A stretch of DNA of 63,180 nucleotides, the filler included, from Octopus bimaculoides (lineage: Eukaryota): assembly GCF_001194135.2 (NCBI RefSeq). It is 4 parts of 4 records of this genome, joined end to end, with 100 filler letters (N's around TTAATTAATTAA, not from the genome) between each part and the next. Parts side by side here need not be neighbours in the genome. Positions count along the whole stretch, not along the records: positions 35,801 to 60,903 come from NC_068983.1; 3 more parts are not named here. The stretch is one strand, 5' to 3'. The notes below the pieces were generated by a model, which made no database searches, was not told the origin of the DNA, and worked only from the letters and a program-made list of their open reading frames with translations. Of this stretch, positions 35,801 through 49,512 are shown piece after piece. The first letter of the stretch is position 1. Each line of letters begins with the position of its first letter. Made by a program: the position numbers and the translations under genes.

Positions 35801-38800
35801 ATACATATTACATAAATATATCATCAGCAGAAGTTAGAGAGTAAGTCAAAAGTTGAGAGTTTCGTGTATTAGTACTTATCAAATATGAATTTGTCCATTG
35901 TCACTCTGTAACTTCTGACGAAAGAACTAAAAAAACAAAATTTTGTCCAGAACGTTAAGAGTAAACTCTGTTCTATGTGACACATTCTACCACTATCCGA
36001 AGTTTGAAAGTGTTTAGTTAAACAAAAATTAAACAGTTTGTACGTTTAATTGAATAGATCCCAAATGGATGTTAAGGCAATGTCGACCTCGACGGAATTT
36101 GAACTCAGAACGTAAAGACGGACGAAACACCGAAATTTTTCAAAAACGTTAATAGTTGAACCTGTTATATGTGATACATTCTACCATTATCGGAAGTTCG
36201 AAAGTGTTTAGTTAAAAAAAAAATTGATGAAATAATCTGTACATCAAAGTCGATTTCGGCGAAATTTGAACTCAAAAACATAAAGACAGACGAAATACAG
36301 TCAAGCATCTCACCTGGAGAACTACCGTTTCTTCCAGCTCGCCGACGTCGCAACTAAACCTTGATTTTAGAAATATATTCTTTATTCTTATAGCTGAAGC
36401 GTTACGCCCTTTCTCTCTTACTTAGTGACAAAAAATTTCATAACATTTCGTAAATCTATTTCTACTAAATTTTGTTCAATGCGACAAGTCAATTTCTCAT
36501 GAATTTTTCAAACATTTAAATCAAAGAAAGGTATACCTTTAATTTTTAAAAAATGAATGTAGTTCACGACCGCAAGATTTTTTTATATATAATGGAGTAT
36601 TTGTAACAGCGTTTTTAAGGGGTAATTTTTAAGGACATATTTTAATATTACACTATTTAGCGGGTTTCATACGTAATTATGTTTTATATTTCCAAATAGT
36701 TCATGGACATACGTGTATTCAATGCGTACAGCAATTACACATTATTAGTGCATCTTAGAGGCAGTTTGTGATTTATTTTACTATTAGTATCATACATATT
36801 TGTTAGGACTTTTTAACAAGAATTTATAGTGAACACATGCAATGTAATGTATTTAAGCTATGATATTTGTGAAAAATCATCACACTAAGATTCTGCCACC
36901 TAAACTAACTTCATTCTGGAATTGTTTTACTTCTCTCATTCGCAACTATTTTTGTTAATTTTTGTCTATCCGTGTCTCCATTAGATAAATTCAAAATACT
37001 AGTGCATTTCTCACGTCCATGTTTCTCGTACACTATATCGTATTAATAATATTATTTATATTTGTGTTTGAAGTTCTTTTTTGTTAATTTCTAAATCCTG
37101 ACTTTTCTTAGCATGTTAGTTTTAATCATTGTCCTTCGTCAGAGAATATACAGGCTTGAAAGTCAAACTACCGCTTAAAATATAATTAACATACTTTTCC
37201 CTATAATGGTGCTCTTAATCATTGACTAATATCACATGTACAGTACGTAATATACGTGCCTTTAATTTAAATTCCTAGAACTTAGAATATCCAAATGCTT
37301 GTTTTAAAAATCAGTGGCCGTTGAAAAATTATTCAACTGAAAATTACTTTCTTATGTTTGTTTTTATGCAATAGTATATGCCTCATTGTAGAAGCATTGA
37401 GTAATCGGTATTTTAAATCACAGCCACATTAACTCTCACATTTTTATCAACTGCTTGAATATTTCATTTACGTTAATTTCAAATCCCTTGATTCTTCGCG
37501 TGCATTATGGAACCAACTTATGTTTCTATCATTTTCTTTCCATTTTCCTCTCACTACTTCAGTTAATTTCATAATTGTTTCTATGCAACTATACCTTGTT
37601 AATATCTGTTCCGTTGTTTGCGTCATTTTCTTATCTAATTTCACTTCTCTCTCTCTTTATCTCTCTCTCTCTATCTCTCTATATATCTATCTATCTCTAT
37701 GTCGCTGTTTCCCTCTTGACATCTAGATGTTTATATATAATAACGATATAGCCGGAAAGGAAATTAAACAGGATAAGTACTGATCTATATATTCCGTTTA
37801 AGAACTAATTTAATACATCCATTCTTATATCAATGAAGTATACGTAGCATAACATATCTTGGGATTACATTATCAATCATTAAGATATTGTCTTTATTTT
37901 ACTTTCGTATCTCTTGTCGTGAACTATGTTGTTGCCTTTTTTCTGTAATTAAAACCATTACATTACTTGCTGTGCTTTTTCTGAAAATAAGAAACAGCTT
38001 CAACAACATCCTATGTCGTGACCATTCGTAAATACTAGAGATCAATAGGCTAAACTTGTTTCTCATTCTGAAACACTTTCAAAAACTTTTAGCATGGAAA
38101 ATACAAACGGGGACACAACTAAAACCTTATCTTGCTCACATCTCTCCTATAGATTTACACCTAATTTCCTGTGTGCTGCATCACACCTATTATCTATCTC
38201 CTGCGCCTTATATGAGGACGATTAAGGTAATTTTATCTACAGCATGTAGTCGTTAAAATAGACAAGTGTACAACTAGCTATTTCATTATATTTGCTGCTG
38301 CCAATATATATCCATTTCGATCGATTGTAACTAAGTTAAATCCGGGTTTGGTTGGTTATATTGAAAGACCTCATATCCATTTAGATTGATTAATAGGTAG
38401 ACAAACTTGAAATATTTATAGAGGATGCGTTCGTAGTGATTTAGTTTCACCAATCAGTGAAAGAATTAAATAATCTCATGCACTGTTAGGTTTCAAAGGT
38501 ATAATTAGATTAGTTCGAACGATTTTTCAGTCAAAGTTTACTGTAGAAAAAAGGAGTTTAAAATCTCTTTACTATAATCGTAACACAATTCAGGAACCAT
38601 TTTAAAACTCATGTTCTCCGAATTTCTGACAAATGGATTAAGCGACAACGTACTATACACAAAGTGTGGCTAATGATTTACACGTTCTGAGTTCACATCA
38701 AATTAAAGTATTGGAGATAGTAAATTTTGTGCACTGAAAATTTTCCCTCGTTACTATATTTAAATCTTAATGACCATACTCTAGATAAATGTAAATCTCA

Positions 38801-39996
38801 TGGCAGATGTTTTCCTGTTCTCAATTTGTGTTATTTATGCACTAAAACTATACAGTGGGGTTGATTGTATCGACTATACTTCTTCGCAAAACATTGCTTC
38901 ATGTCTTGTGACCAGAAACTAATATCATTTTCATTTGCATTAAAAAATAATATGGTTTAAATTGAAAAATGTCATTTGAAATTCTTCACACATATTGCCT
39001 TTTTAATAAAACAGAAATAGATTTTTTCTGAAAGACTTGCTATATTCCTGAGAAAATTTGACACATATATTTTACCTATTCAGGAAATTCAAAATCATTT
39101 AAATCACAAGCTAAGCAAAGTTTAATTCATCACTTTGTAGATATAATTTATAGAAAGTTGTATGCAAAGTGTCTTTTGATAATTTAAAATTATTACTTTG
39201 CACATTACATTAATAGGAAATATTCTTTTGAAGGAAAAGAACTCAATCTATATTAAGTTTCCTTGATATTAAAAGGAAAGATAACGGTTGGGCCTTATTT
39301 GCTTTTACGCTACTATCTTTTAACACATCATTCCGTTTACAAGACTAATAAAAATCAAACGCTAGTAATAAAGTGAATATATAAATATTATGTGTAACTA
39401 ATGTAACTCTGTACTCGAATATATACATATATATGTACTTAAAGAACACACACAAACACATCCACATCCAAATGTACATAAATTCACAACGATCACAGAC
39501 GCCTATAAATAAATGTCTGTGTTTTTGTGTAGTTATATATTTTTACAATGATGGAGGTGGGGGAATACCCGTGTTTCTTAGTACTTTGCTTTGCAAATAT
39601 AAAATCACATTTTCAATCTCACTTCAGGCTATCTGGCTCAAATATCTTTTAACATTGCATCGAGACAACACAAATTTGTGAAGTCATTAGTCGAAGATAA
39701 CAATGTTGACACCCATTTCATAGATTATAACAGTAATTGCAAGATATAGTAGCACACTATGTAATTCAGATGGACTTCCAGATCACATTTGCAGCATATT
39801 CAGCTCAATACCGTATGCTTTACTAAATGGGCTGTCCATTTGAATGAAGATCTGAAATACACATCGGTGAAATCGATGGAGGATTCATTTAATTTACTGT
39901 GTATTACAATTCATACGCATTCACAAAAAAATAGATACATACATTATTAACATTATTTAAATTCGATGGATGTTTGTCCTCATCTTTTTTGTTGTT

Positions 39997-40042
39997 AACA
40001 CAACCTTTCGGCTGATATACCCTCCAGCCTTCTTCAGGTGTC
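39997..40042 (-). ncRNA. Minimal hammerhead ribozyme-like motif inside a short (about 39940-40110) Penelope-type repeat
   Basis: Minus strand: GACAC-CTGAAGA-A-GGCTG(GAGGGTATAT)CAGCC-GAAA-G-GTT-GTGTT. Stem I is GACAC/GTGTT and stem II is GGCTG/CAGCC. The palindromic ACGT stem III expected in such motifs reads AGGT here, so it is probably mutated. Confidence 0.6.
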
Positions 40043-41699
40043 TTGGGGAAATTTCGAACCTGGGTTCTCGTTCCTAAGGTATTTTTCGATGTTCTTGTTG
40101 AACGCTTCAAAGGTATGTTAAAATATGTTTTAGTAACCTACAGCAGTTAGCTTACATGATTTTGGGAGTTCTTGACCTGATATATGAACCAAACTCCTTT
40201 TTTTTACACACATATACGCCTTTGTGCTCACGTGTAATAGATCAATGTACCCTGGATGAAAATTGTATTCTGTACCACATCGAATACGCGCCAATGTATC
40301 TGACACAAAACTATCCGACGAATCTGAGTAAAAGATATGGCAGTGAAAAGTGTTAACAAAGTTGATGCGATCATGTCCGTACTTTTCAGTCTTTCAGGCA
40401 AAAATACTGATTTTGCTTATCGGAAAACCAGAAACTGAAAAATCCTTTGGTCGAAGTTTGAGGCTAGTATAATTAATGTGAAATACAATAATCCCTTCGA
40501 AAATTATGCACAATGAGTCAACGGCGTTATTTTAAATGCATTAGTCGATTGCTTTAATATATTTTATTTTACTTACTTCGTCGAGAACGATTAGAGAAAC
40601 CACCAGTTCTATGGATGTTGTCATAAACTCCACGTGAAATTCTACACTTCTCGATAACATCCACAGTGAGGACTCCTTTTGGATTACACAGCACAGCAGT
40701 CCTTAAAGTCATGCATTCAATTAGCCAATATTATAAGGTATTATTCAGATGTGAAAACGCGTAGATTACTTTTTAGGTTGATCTACTTACGTTCGTAACT
40801 TCGACGTTCCGATTTCCAGTCCAGTGTGTGTGTTGTGTCCTTGAGTGAAACAATTAATTTCACGATCTACACTCTACTCAGCTGCATATGAGTTACTGCC
40901 TTAGCTGCGAAAGTAGCCTGCGACAGACTGGCATCATATTCAGGGGAGAAAGGCGAGATCACATTTGTTCACATTCTATGGCATGTGGTTTAATCTCGTA
41001 TCATGTGACTCATACGATTTATGACAATACTAAAAAAAATTATAATTTAATAACGTATAAAATAATTGAAACATACTGTTTTGAATAATCTAAAGTTGAT
41101 ATAAAATTTTGGCACGAAGCCAGCAGTTTCGAGAAATTGGCTAAGAATGCTTTAAAATACGTGTGCCTGAGCATCATCAATGACAGTAACATTAGAGCCT
41201 TCTTTAATGGGTGTTCGCAATAGATCTTGTGTCTTTCATTCAAGGAGAAATACGTTATGCTTCAATAAGTACAGCTGTCCTCTGATTCATTGAGAACGAT
41301 CAGATACTTGTTACTCCCTGAATAACAAAGTTGTTAGTAATTGTTAGCTGCCCAATCAGGGGAGGGAGAGTGATTTCTGTTTTCAGATTTCTGAGTAAAG
41401 CTTCCACTCTTCATACCGATTCGCTATCTTTTGTGTTCTCTTCCAAAACAGATGCCAAGAATATAAACTGGACACTCGGTGCAGTGGGGGAAGCTCCTTT
41501 CTTCGAATATTTGTTTTGTTCCTTCAGATTGGCGCCCCCACCCAAAAAAAAAAACGAAAAAGAAAAATCTTGCAGTTAATACGTGTTCTTTTTTTTTTTT
41601 TACTTCTCCAGAATGGTACCGAACATCTATAGTTTCTCTGACTTGTTAATGAGCTACACACGCCTAACGAACGTTGCTCACTCCATTTATTTTCAGAAT

Positions 41700-41830
41700 G
41701 CGTGTGAGGCTGTGCGGTGAGATGTTTACTTCCCAACCGCATAGTTCCGGATTGAATTCTCCTGTGTGGCATATTGAGCAAGTATCTTCTCCTTCAGTAC
41801 CGGGGAAATCGAATACCGAATTGAAAGGAG
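41700..41830 (-). mobile_element. SINE family A-related head fragment, diverged
   Basis: Reverse complement GTGAGGCTGTGCGGTGAGATG on + / TTCCCAACCGCATAGTTCCGGATTGAATTC...GAGCAAGTATCTTCTCC resembles the family A head-body order; strand uncertain. Confidence 0.35.
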
Positions 41831-43644
41831 CACACTGTATATACGTATATGTAAATACGTGTGTGAGAGTGCGTGTGACATTATGTTTATGTTTGTCATT
41901 ACTCACCATTTGTCACACGATGTTGTTTTGTTTACGTCTTCGTAACTTAGCAGTTTAGACAGAAGAGAACGATAGAAATAGTATCAAATTCATAAAAGAA
42001 AATAAATATTCAAGTTGATTTTTTTCGGTTACACTCTTACGGGTAAGGATACCCTAGCATCAACAGACCAATAGCTGAAAGAAGTTAAAGATAAACGATA
42101 AAAAAGAAAACAGAAATGTATTCAGAGTCAACATGTAAGATTTTTTACAGCTTTGATGTATGTTTTGATTCTATACCGTTGTATTTTAAAGAAGGGTTCT
42201 TGAGCAATATAAAAGCATTCAACGATAACAGTATTTCAGTGAGCGCATGCAGCTCAAAGAGAGATTCAGCAACAGATAATAATAATAATGATAAATAAAT
42301 AAAATCAATTTAGCAACAAAAATGGCTTAAGCGAGGACAAATCAATAAAAGTTGAGGTGAAGAGGATACTTGCTACCGTAGTTTAAACAGTAACACTATA
42401 AAAATTGCTCTCCCAATATTAAAGTTGAATTTTCAAACACACCTCTTCTAAACACAATATTGATTTTGAAATCCACTATGAGCTTCACAGAAAAAATAGC
42501 AAGTAAATTTCAACATTCTATTAACTGAATATTATTGTCCTCATAATTACAGACAGAATTTTGGTGTCACTTTTAATATAAATGCTATTGAATGTTGTTT
42601 GCTTACTTGACATTAACTCACGACTATTAATCTAGCCTGTTAGAAAAAAATCGTGACATGTGACATGGCAAAGATTTGATATTTCAAGTATACTAGAGAC
42701 ATGAAGTGATACGTTCTGCAAGATCTAACGTGGTATTGAGTCGCTAGAGCTAAGTAACAGCAGCACAAAGAAGTGTGTTAGAAAGTCATACAACAGAACT
42801 GACCACTTGCAGGTTATAAACAACTTCTTTATAGCAATATTAAATTCCTCATGTAATATCAATGAATCGACTTACCAAGCCTGACGTAAAATGAAATGGA
42901 ATTTTGGTCCACAAAAATGTAGAATAAATATACCAAACATATAAGGAAACATTCAAAAAAGAAACAAAAATAACTTTAGGTTAACAGGAAAACGTATGGA
43001 GAGACACACTAAAGATCGAAAGAAAACATAACTCCTCCACCGCAGAGCAGAGTATAAATACGCACTGCAGCACAAGAGAGTATAATGGCAGTAACACACA
43101 ATGTACAGACGTGCAGAGATACAATTATAGTAAACAAGGTGCAGACAACTGTAAACCTAACAATGACGAGTAATAGTATTAAGAATTGACCTTTAATGCC
43201 AAGACAAATGATGAAAGTAAAAGATTGTTTGAAGAGATTAAACTTATATGAAGTGAAGACAGACTAAAAACCGAAAAATATGGCAATACACTTCACTTTA
43301 TCGTGCAGTTACTGTTAATACTTCATTTAGAGAATTAACATTGCTTATATATATNNNNNNNNNNNNNNNNNNNNNNNNNNNNNNNNNNNNNNNNNNNNNN
43401 NNNNNNNNNNNNNNNNNNNNNNNNNNNNNNNNNNNNNNNNNNNNNNNNNNNNNNNNNNNNNNNNNNNNNNNNNNNNNNNNNNNNNNNNNNNTATACATAT
43501 ATATATATATATATATATATATCTGTATATGTGTATGTATGTATGCATGTATATATATATATGTGGGAGAATTTACGAAAAAAACCAACAGACTAAGACA
43601 GGTGGTATGAACAATAAATGGATGCATTAGTTTATATATATATA

Positions 43645-43890
43645 CAGGGTGTCTCAAAAGTCAGTGACTGGATTCAATTTTTAATATCATCTTTAAATGC
43701 ATGAAATGTTGATACAATATTAAGAGAATAATGGGATTTAATACGCACATGTCAAATTTTGCAACGCCAGTACATCACAAATGAAAAACATGACGTCGCT
43801 TAAATGGCAACCATTTTCGGCTTCGCACGCGTGTACTCTTTCCAGCGTCTCCGGTTTGTTGAAGTAAACCCTCTCTTTCAGGTATCCATG
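43645..43890 (-). mobile_element. Tc1/mariner (DUF4817-type) element right end: transposase C-terminus plus TIR
   Basis: TA|CAGGGTGTCTCAAAAG terminus at 43643-43660. Minus strand encodes GYLKERVYFNKPETLE/RVHACEAENGCHLSDVMF. Confidence 0.75.
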
Positions 43891-44245
43891 ACTGAGATCT
43901 TTTTGCACCCGGCCATTCACATTAGACCTCACACATGGCTCCAGCAAGATGGGGCAACTGCCCATACTGCAAAAGAAACAATGCAGTTTCTACGACAATG
44001 CTTTGGAGAGAGAATAACCATTCGCTACAGCAATGTCAACTGGCCTTCATGTTCCTCAGACTTGACTAGCCAGGATTTTTTTCTTGTGGGGGATACTGAA
44101 AGAGGTTTACTTCCAGAAACTGAAGACCCTGGTGCAACTGAATGAGAACATTAAAAGAGAAATCAGAAAATAGGGGTCTGAAACACTTGAGGGTGTTATG
44201 GTGAAAGTTTTGGAAGGAGCAAGGGCGTGCGAAGCCGAAAATAAT
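43891..44245 (+). mobile_element. Tc1/mariner transposase DDE-domain remnant
   Basis: WLQQDGATAHTAKETMQFLRQCFGERITIRYSNVNWPSCSSDLTSQDFFL corresponds to the WFQQDGA.H...WPPRSPDL.P.DFFLWG motif. Frameshifted continuation to RACEAEN. Confidence 0.85.
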
Positions 44246-47200
44246 ATTCAAGAGAGTTACGATTGTTACACCGACTCTTGTTCGGGTGGCAAATTTTAAT
44301 CGATGAGAACACGTTCCACCAGGGTCTTTTACTCTGCACTTTACATGTCGTGGAATATATTTCATGTATGGTCCAAGTAAATAAGATGTACTTTTCACCT
44401 GATAAATTTCCTCACTTCCCAGTGTTTGCTTTTGTGCTACGTTTTCTTACTGTATTTATTGTGTTTTCATACGTTTTATTTTGAGGCCTACTGCTGAACG
44501 CTTTGTGTTTAGCATTGTTAGCGTGGTCTTCCGCAGAGCTTGCTGTGAGGAGGAGGGTGTTGTCTGTGTATTGGAGTTGTGATTTTAGTTCGGTGATAAT
44601 TTTCACACCACTGTTATAAACAATAATTTATGCAATCGTCGTTTGAATTAACACCATTATTGGTATATAGGATCTGTACAAGTTGCCTGATTGCTTGGCT
44701 AAATCTTATTCTATCTTGAGTTTTAATCTAGCTGCATTTTCTCTGAGTGGCTGAAAGCGTCATTGACAAGCAGAGCAAAGCCTCATTGACAGGCATTGAC
44801 AGATTCTTGTCGTGCATTAAAAGAAACGACCGAGCAGATTCATGATGAAGGGCCCTCCAGCCTCTCATCAAAGGTTCTTGTTAGAAAATCGTGAGACAAT
44901 CCACAACGTTTACATTAATGCAGTAAGATGTAATTAGAGGGACATTTTGTTAACGTCTCGAACAGGCAAGCGATTACGTAGAAATTCATTGCTTACACAT
45001 GTTCATAATATTTAGAATAACTATTTGTTTATTTCTGCAAAATGGTTTAATCTTACTAAAACTAACCTAATTTAAATGCGAATTTGAAGTTTACTAGAAC
45101 ATTTTCATTTTCTTATAAGCACATTGCATGGTGTTGTCGTCTCTTATTAAAAATCAATTGTTTTGAATTTCTTTTTTCTATTTAATAAGATGTGATCGAT
45201 ATACTTCTTTATAGCTAAAGCTGTTTTGTTGATGTTCCGTGACGTTACTAACATAAATAATATATTTAACATGCTTTTTTGAAATCATTATGCATCATGC
45301 TTTTCATTTATTTTGAAAGTTAAATTTCCGTCGAAGTTAATTTTAGCTTTCATTCAATGCAATAGATAAAACAATTACCAGTCTAATACTGTAATTCTTT
45401 GTATCAACTAACCTACATCCTTCATACAAACTGAATTCTGTCTCAATAAAAACCACTATTAAGTTAAGGGCGATTGATTGACAGCATCGCGAGAGTGACG
45501 GAAACCATTAATGCCAGTGTACAGTCAGAATCGTCAGGAGGTCTAGCAAAATGATTGGTGGAATCATTTTGAGTATCAGTCAAAATACTTAGCGTCATAT
45601 CTTCCGTTTTTTCCCTCCTTTTGAGGATAAATTGACCGCTGAGGCTACTTTACATTTCTTTTTTCCATTATCAATAAAATAAAGTATAGTTAAATACTGA
45701 CATCCGTGCTCTTCACTAATTCGTCCAAGCAAATTGGTTGCTCATGCGATTAGATCTTAAACCACTTATAATATGTGAAGAGAGGTGTGTTTCCAGAATT
45801 GGCAGGATGTCACACAAAATGCCCGGTGATATATTTTATTGGATCAGATCGATCGTATCAAATAATCCCCACCCTTCAAAATGTGTAACCTTGTGCCTTA
45901 ATTACAAACGATTGTAATCATCATCATCATCATGAACATCATCACACTCAAGTTGTAACGTTTAAGAATAGAACAAAAATCAATTCTACCCCCTTATGTG
46001 GGTACCCAGCTTGTTCTTCACCAATGATCCTCATCCAATGATCCTCGCATACGACACACCAAGTTGATATTTTCTTCGGAGTATGCCTCTGATATCTCCG
46101 TGTATGACACTATTTCTGAACCCAAGTTATCATGCCTTCACACTCCCCTTTCTTTTGTGGATTTTGAAACTAGATTCACTGTTTCCCACAGCCATGTTTA
46201 CCTATTTCAGGGAATTATCCCCGTCTACTCTTTGTTCTTACTTTTTCATTAATTGTTTGAAAAAATGTTTTGTCGTGAGTTTTCTCCATACATTTCAAGC
46301 ATACTAAATGACACATATAACTGAAGTGGTTTTTCAGGAATCTATTAGTTGGATACCTAAATATTTATGTTCTCCTTATAAATAAAGGGTACTTTTTGTG
46401 CCTACGCATGTAGCTGCTGCTCACGTGTCGTGTGAAATTACACTCGTTTAGTATATCGCCACGAACAATACGTCGTGATAAATACATATGTGTTAGATAT
46501 ATAAAGCTACTATAAATTTATTATTTTTTGCTTATATGTTTTGATCATTTACATATTTCAGCAGTTTGAAGTTGTAACGTCTACGGCTACAATTACTGAC
46601 ATGATCTTTTCCAAGGATGAAGTCACCCTTTAAAATCATACTAATCCATCGCTTTAGATTACTTCTTCCATTCTAGCATACCAAGTATGTTCATTCCCTC
46701 TGAACATCATACATCTCTACAGTCATGGAAAATATATCATGCGCATAGAAAATTCTACTGATAATATCCCCTTGAAATTCGAGTCACTCCATGTAAAATT
46801 AAATTCTTATTTCAAATAGTGTCAGACAGAACGAATGCAGTGAAAACTTGTCTTTAAAATAATCGCATTCTTATATATATTTCAGATTGTAGAAAGCTTT
46901 TAAGTCATTTACTAACACTTATTTTCCCAGTTTTACATACTACTAGTCATGAAGCGAACAAATACAACTGACAATTTATACACCGCATTGTGCCAAGAAA
47001 TCATGTGTCTGTTCGTATGTGGTATATCGACATAAGTTTTCTCGCTTTATTAAGACATGTAATTCTTTTTCTGCCCGCATTCTTCTTCCCTCCTGTTGCT
47101 TATGTTGTTTACAACCATATGAATCCATTGTTTCCTACTCTTCTGTTCATAGGTTAGGGATTTATTGCTATCAAACTATTCGTATATCATGAACCGTTGA

Positions 47201-47783
47201 ACAAGAGATATAGTTCGTCTATAAACTCTAGCGTCATCACATTGTGCTGATTTTAATAAAGATATTCTTTACTCTTGCATTAGCCATTCTGATGAATTTG
47301 AATTTGATGTCCTGTTCAACTTCTTCTCTTTTTAAGTTTCTTACGTAATGTTATTTTTCGTATGATTATTTTGAAACTCCCGGTTTAGGTCTCATATCTT
47401 ACAAATTTCTGGTTTGTTACACTTAATCTCTTGCTGAATATTTTGTTTTCAAACTCGATATTTTAGGTGTTCTCGTCTTCTCTTCTCTCCAATACTTACT
47501 GCTATGGCTACACGTTCTGCATTAGAACATTTAATGAGTGGTGGGCATACTCAATTTTTTTATTGTGTTCTTTAAGTATTTCTAACGCACTCTTCGTTTG
47601 AACATGTCTTCCTGGGGTTAAAGCAATACACTTCACTATATATATATATAAATAAGGATAAGATCGATATTTAAAATATTGATTTTATCAAGTGGCCAGC
47701 ATGGGAATAAAAACCATCAAAGGTAACAATTATTTAAAATTATAATATAGGGTATCTAAGAGATACCGCCACGCTGAAAAAAT

Positions 47784-47979
47784 AGCAGTCAAATCCTGAC
47801 TCTAAACCACAATAAATGTTCATATAGCACAAAGAGCGAAGACGAAGACAAAATAAACTAGTAAACTAGTAAAAATAACTGGATAATTCCAGTTATTTTT
47901 ACTAGTTTATTTTGTCTTCGTCTTCGCTCTTTGTGCTATATGAACATTTATTGTGGTTTAGAGTCAAGGTTTGACTGCT
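47784..47979. repeat. 196-bp near-perfect inverted repeat (palindrome/foldback), right arm cut by gap
   Basis: Arms 47784-47883 and 47888-47979 with a 4-nt loop TAAT. They differ by 2 substitutions and an 8-bp AAACTAGT duplication in the left arm. Confidence 0.95.
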
Positions 47980-48238
47980 NNNNNNNNNNNNNNNNNNNNN
48001 NNNNNNNNNNNNNNNNNNNNNNNNNNNNNNNNNNNNNNNNNNNNNNNNNNNNNNNNNNNNNNNNNNNNNNNNNNNNNNNNNNNNNNNNNNNNNNNNNNNN
48101 NNNNNNNNNNNNNNNNNNNNNNNNNNNNNNNNNNNNNNNNNNNNNNNNNNNNNNNNNNNNNNNNNNNNNNNNNNNNNNNNNNNNCCATTCGGTACGTGGT
48201 GTCTTAGATTGCTTTCTTTTTTCCTTTGAGGTGAATCC

Positions 48239-48563
48239 ATGGCGTTGTGGACGATAGAACATCGCGTGTTTGCCTATATCAGATGCGGGAATAATAACGA
48301 GACTGTAACAGCATTTCAGCTTGAGGTTCAGCGCCGCTTCAACCTTCACATTCACCGAAATCAAGCTGTTCCCACCCGTAACACAGTCCTATGAAGGGGA
48401 GACCGGTGGGGGCGCCACAAACGGTATGGACCCAGGAAAATGTGAAATACGTCATAAAGCTCTGATACAAAGTCTGCATCACCCTGCCTGGAGGCATTCC
48501 ATTGAACTTGGCATCGATAATCGATCGGTAAGTTGTAGTTCGCATGAAGACCTGCATTTCCGC
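48239..48563 (+). mobile_element. Tc1/mariner transposase N-terminal (DUF4817 HTH) remnant
   Basis: MALWTIEHRVFAYIRCGNNNETVTAFQLEVQRRFNLHIHRNQAVPTRNTVL*, then in another frame ALIQSLHHPAWRHSIELGIDNRSVSCSSHEDLHF. Confidence 0.8.
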
Positions 48564-49512
48564 TTGTGCCGCCATAACAGGGTCAACAACGTACAGACAG
48601 AAACGATTAAAAGTTTACCAACAGGAGGAAAATAATGCCTGAAAACTTCTTGCCTCAAGGCATCAATGGATGTTGTGTCACTTAGCCCCAAAGTATCAAT
48701 GTATAAAATGCAGTCATTAAAGGTAAACTACCAACGGTTACCTCTCGCCTATAGCTTTAATACAGAAACAAAAATCGACCGGACTATTTCTGAAATTCAA
48801 ATTTACAATGCAATATATATAACTACGTGTCCATGTATATTAAATATTAGACAACTATAATTATAAGTAATCAAGTGCACATGAAGACTGAGATAAGTGA
48901 CATTGTTCGTAAAAAGTCTGGTGTATGCAAAAAATATGTATTCTGCAGTCTAGAATAGTGAGATTAATATAAGTTTATTCTGCATCAGAGCGCGGTATCC
49001 GCAACACAATGTAATAGTTCAATTTATACCTAAACCTTTGGCGAAACTTACATTACAATTATTATACACCATAAAGACCTTACCAGAAAAAAAAAAAAAA
49101 TACTACATCAACAGAACAGCCAAACGAACCAAACCAACAACCAATAGGCGATCATGCAATGTTTTGTCCATTTCCAGAAAAAAACAAACACTCTATAAGG
49201 CATGGTGGATAGTCTCACATATATGACAAGGAGCATGCATAAGATTGGATTCAAATAAAGATATGAAGAGAATTTCAAATCTGTCCTCAGGCTCATTCGG
49301 GGCGAAGAGTTATGTCGATATCGATGAGGATTGAATGAGGTTGTGTGAAAACCTAATCTAAGAGGGGGTAAAATTTTCATCGGTATGTGTTGAGATTCTA
49401 AATGCTTCATATTTCCTTAAAATTATATATTTCCTAAATGTGTGTTCCCTATATATTTACTTAATTTCGAGTATACTAAAAGATATTATATATGGTAATA
49501 CATGTATACAAA

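Noticed and set aside
38785-38840. LMADVFLF as a possible GST last exon for the divergent gene
   Set aside because: Match too short, weak acceptor, and it lies beyond an assembly join.
40609-40666. 13/14-bp hairpin (CTATGGATGTTGTC...GATAACATCCACAG) as a pre-miRNA
   Set aside because: Stem too short with a large loop; compatible with chance or a MITE relic.
44412-44606. LQYTDNTLLL..S.ED resembling an RT YADD motif on the minus strand
   Set aside because: Possibly an RTE remnant, but too short and degenerate to call.
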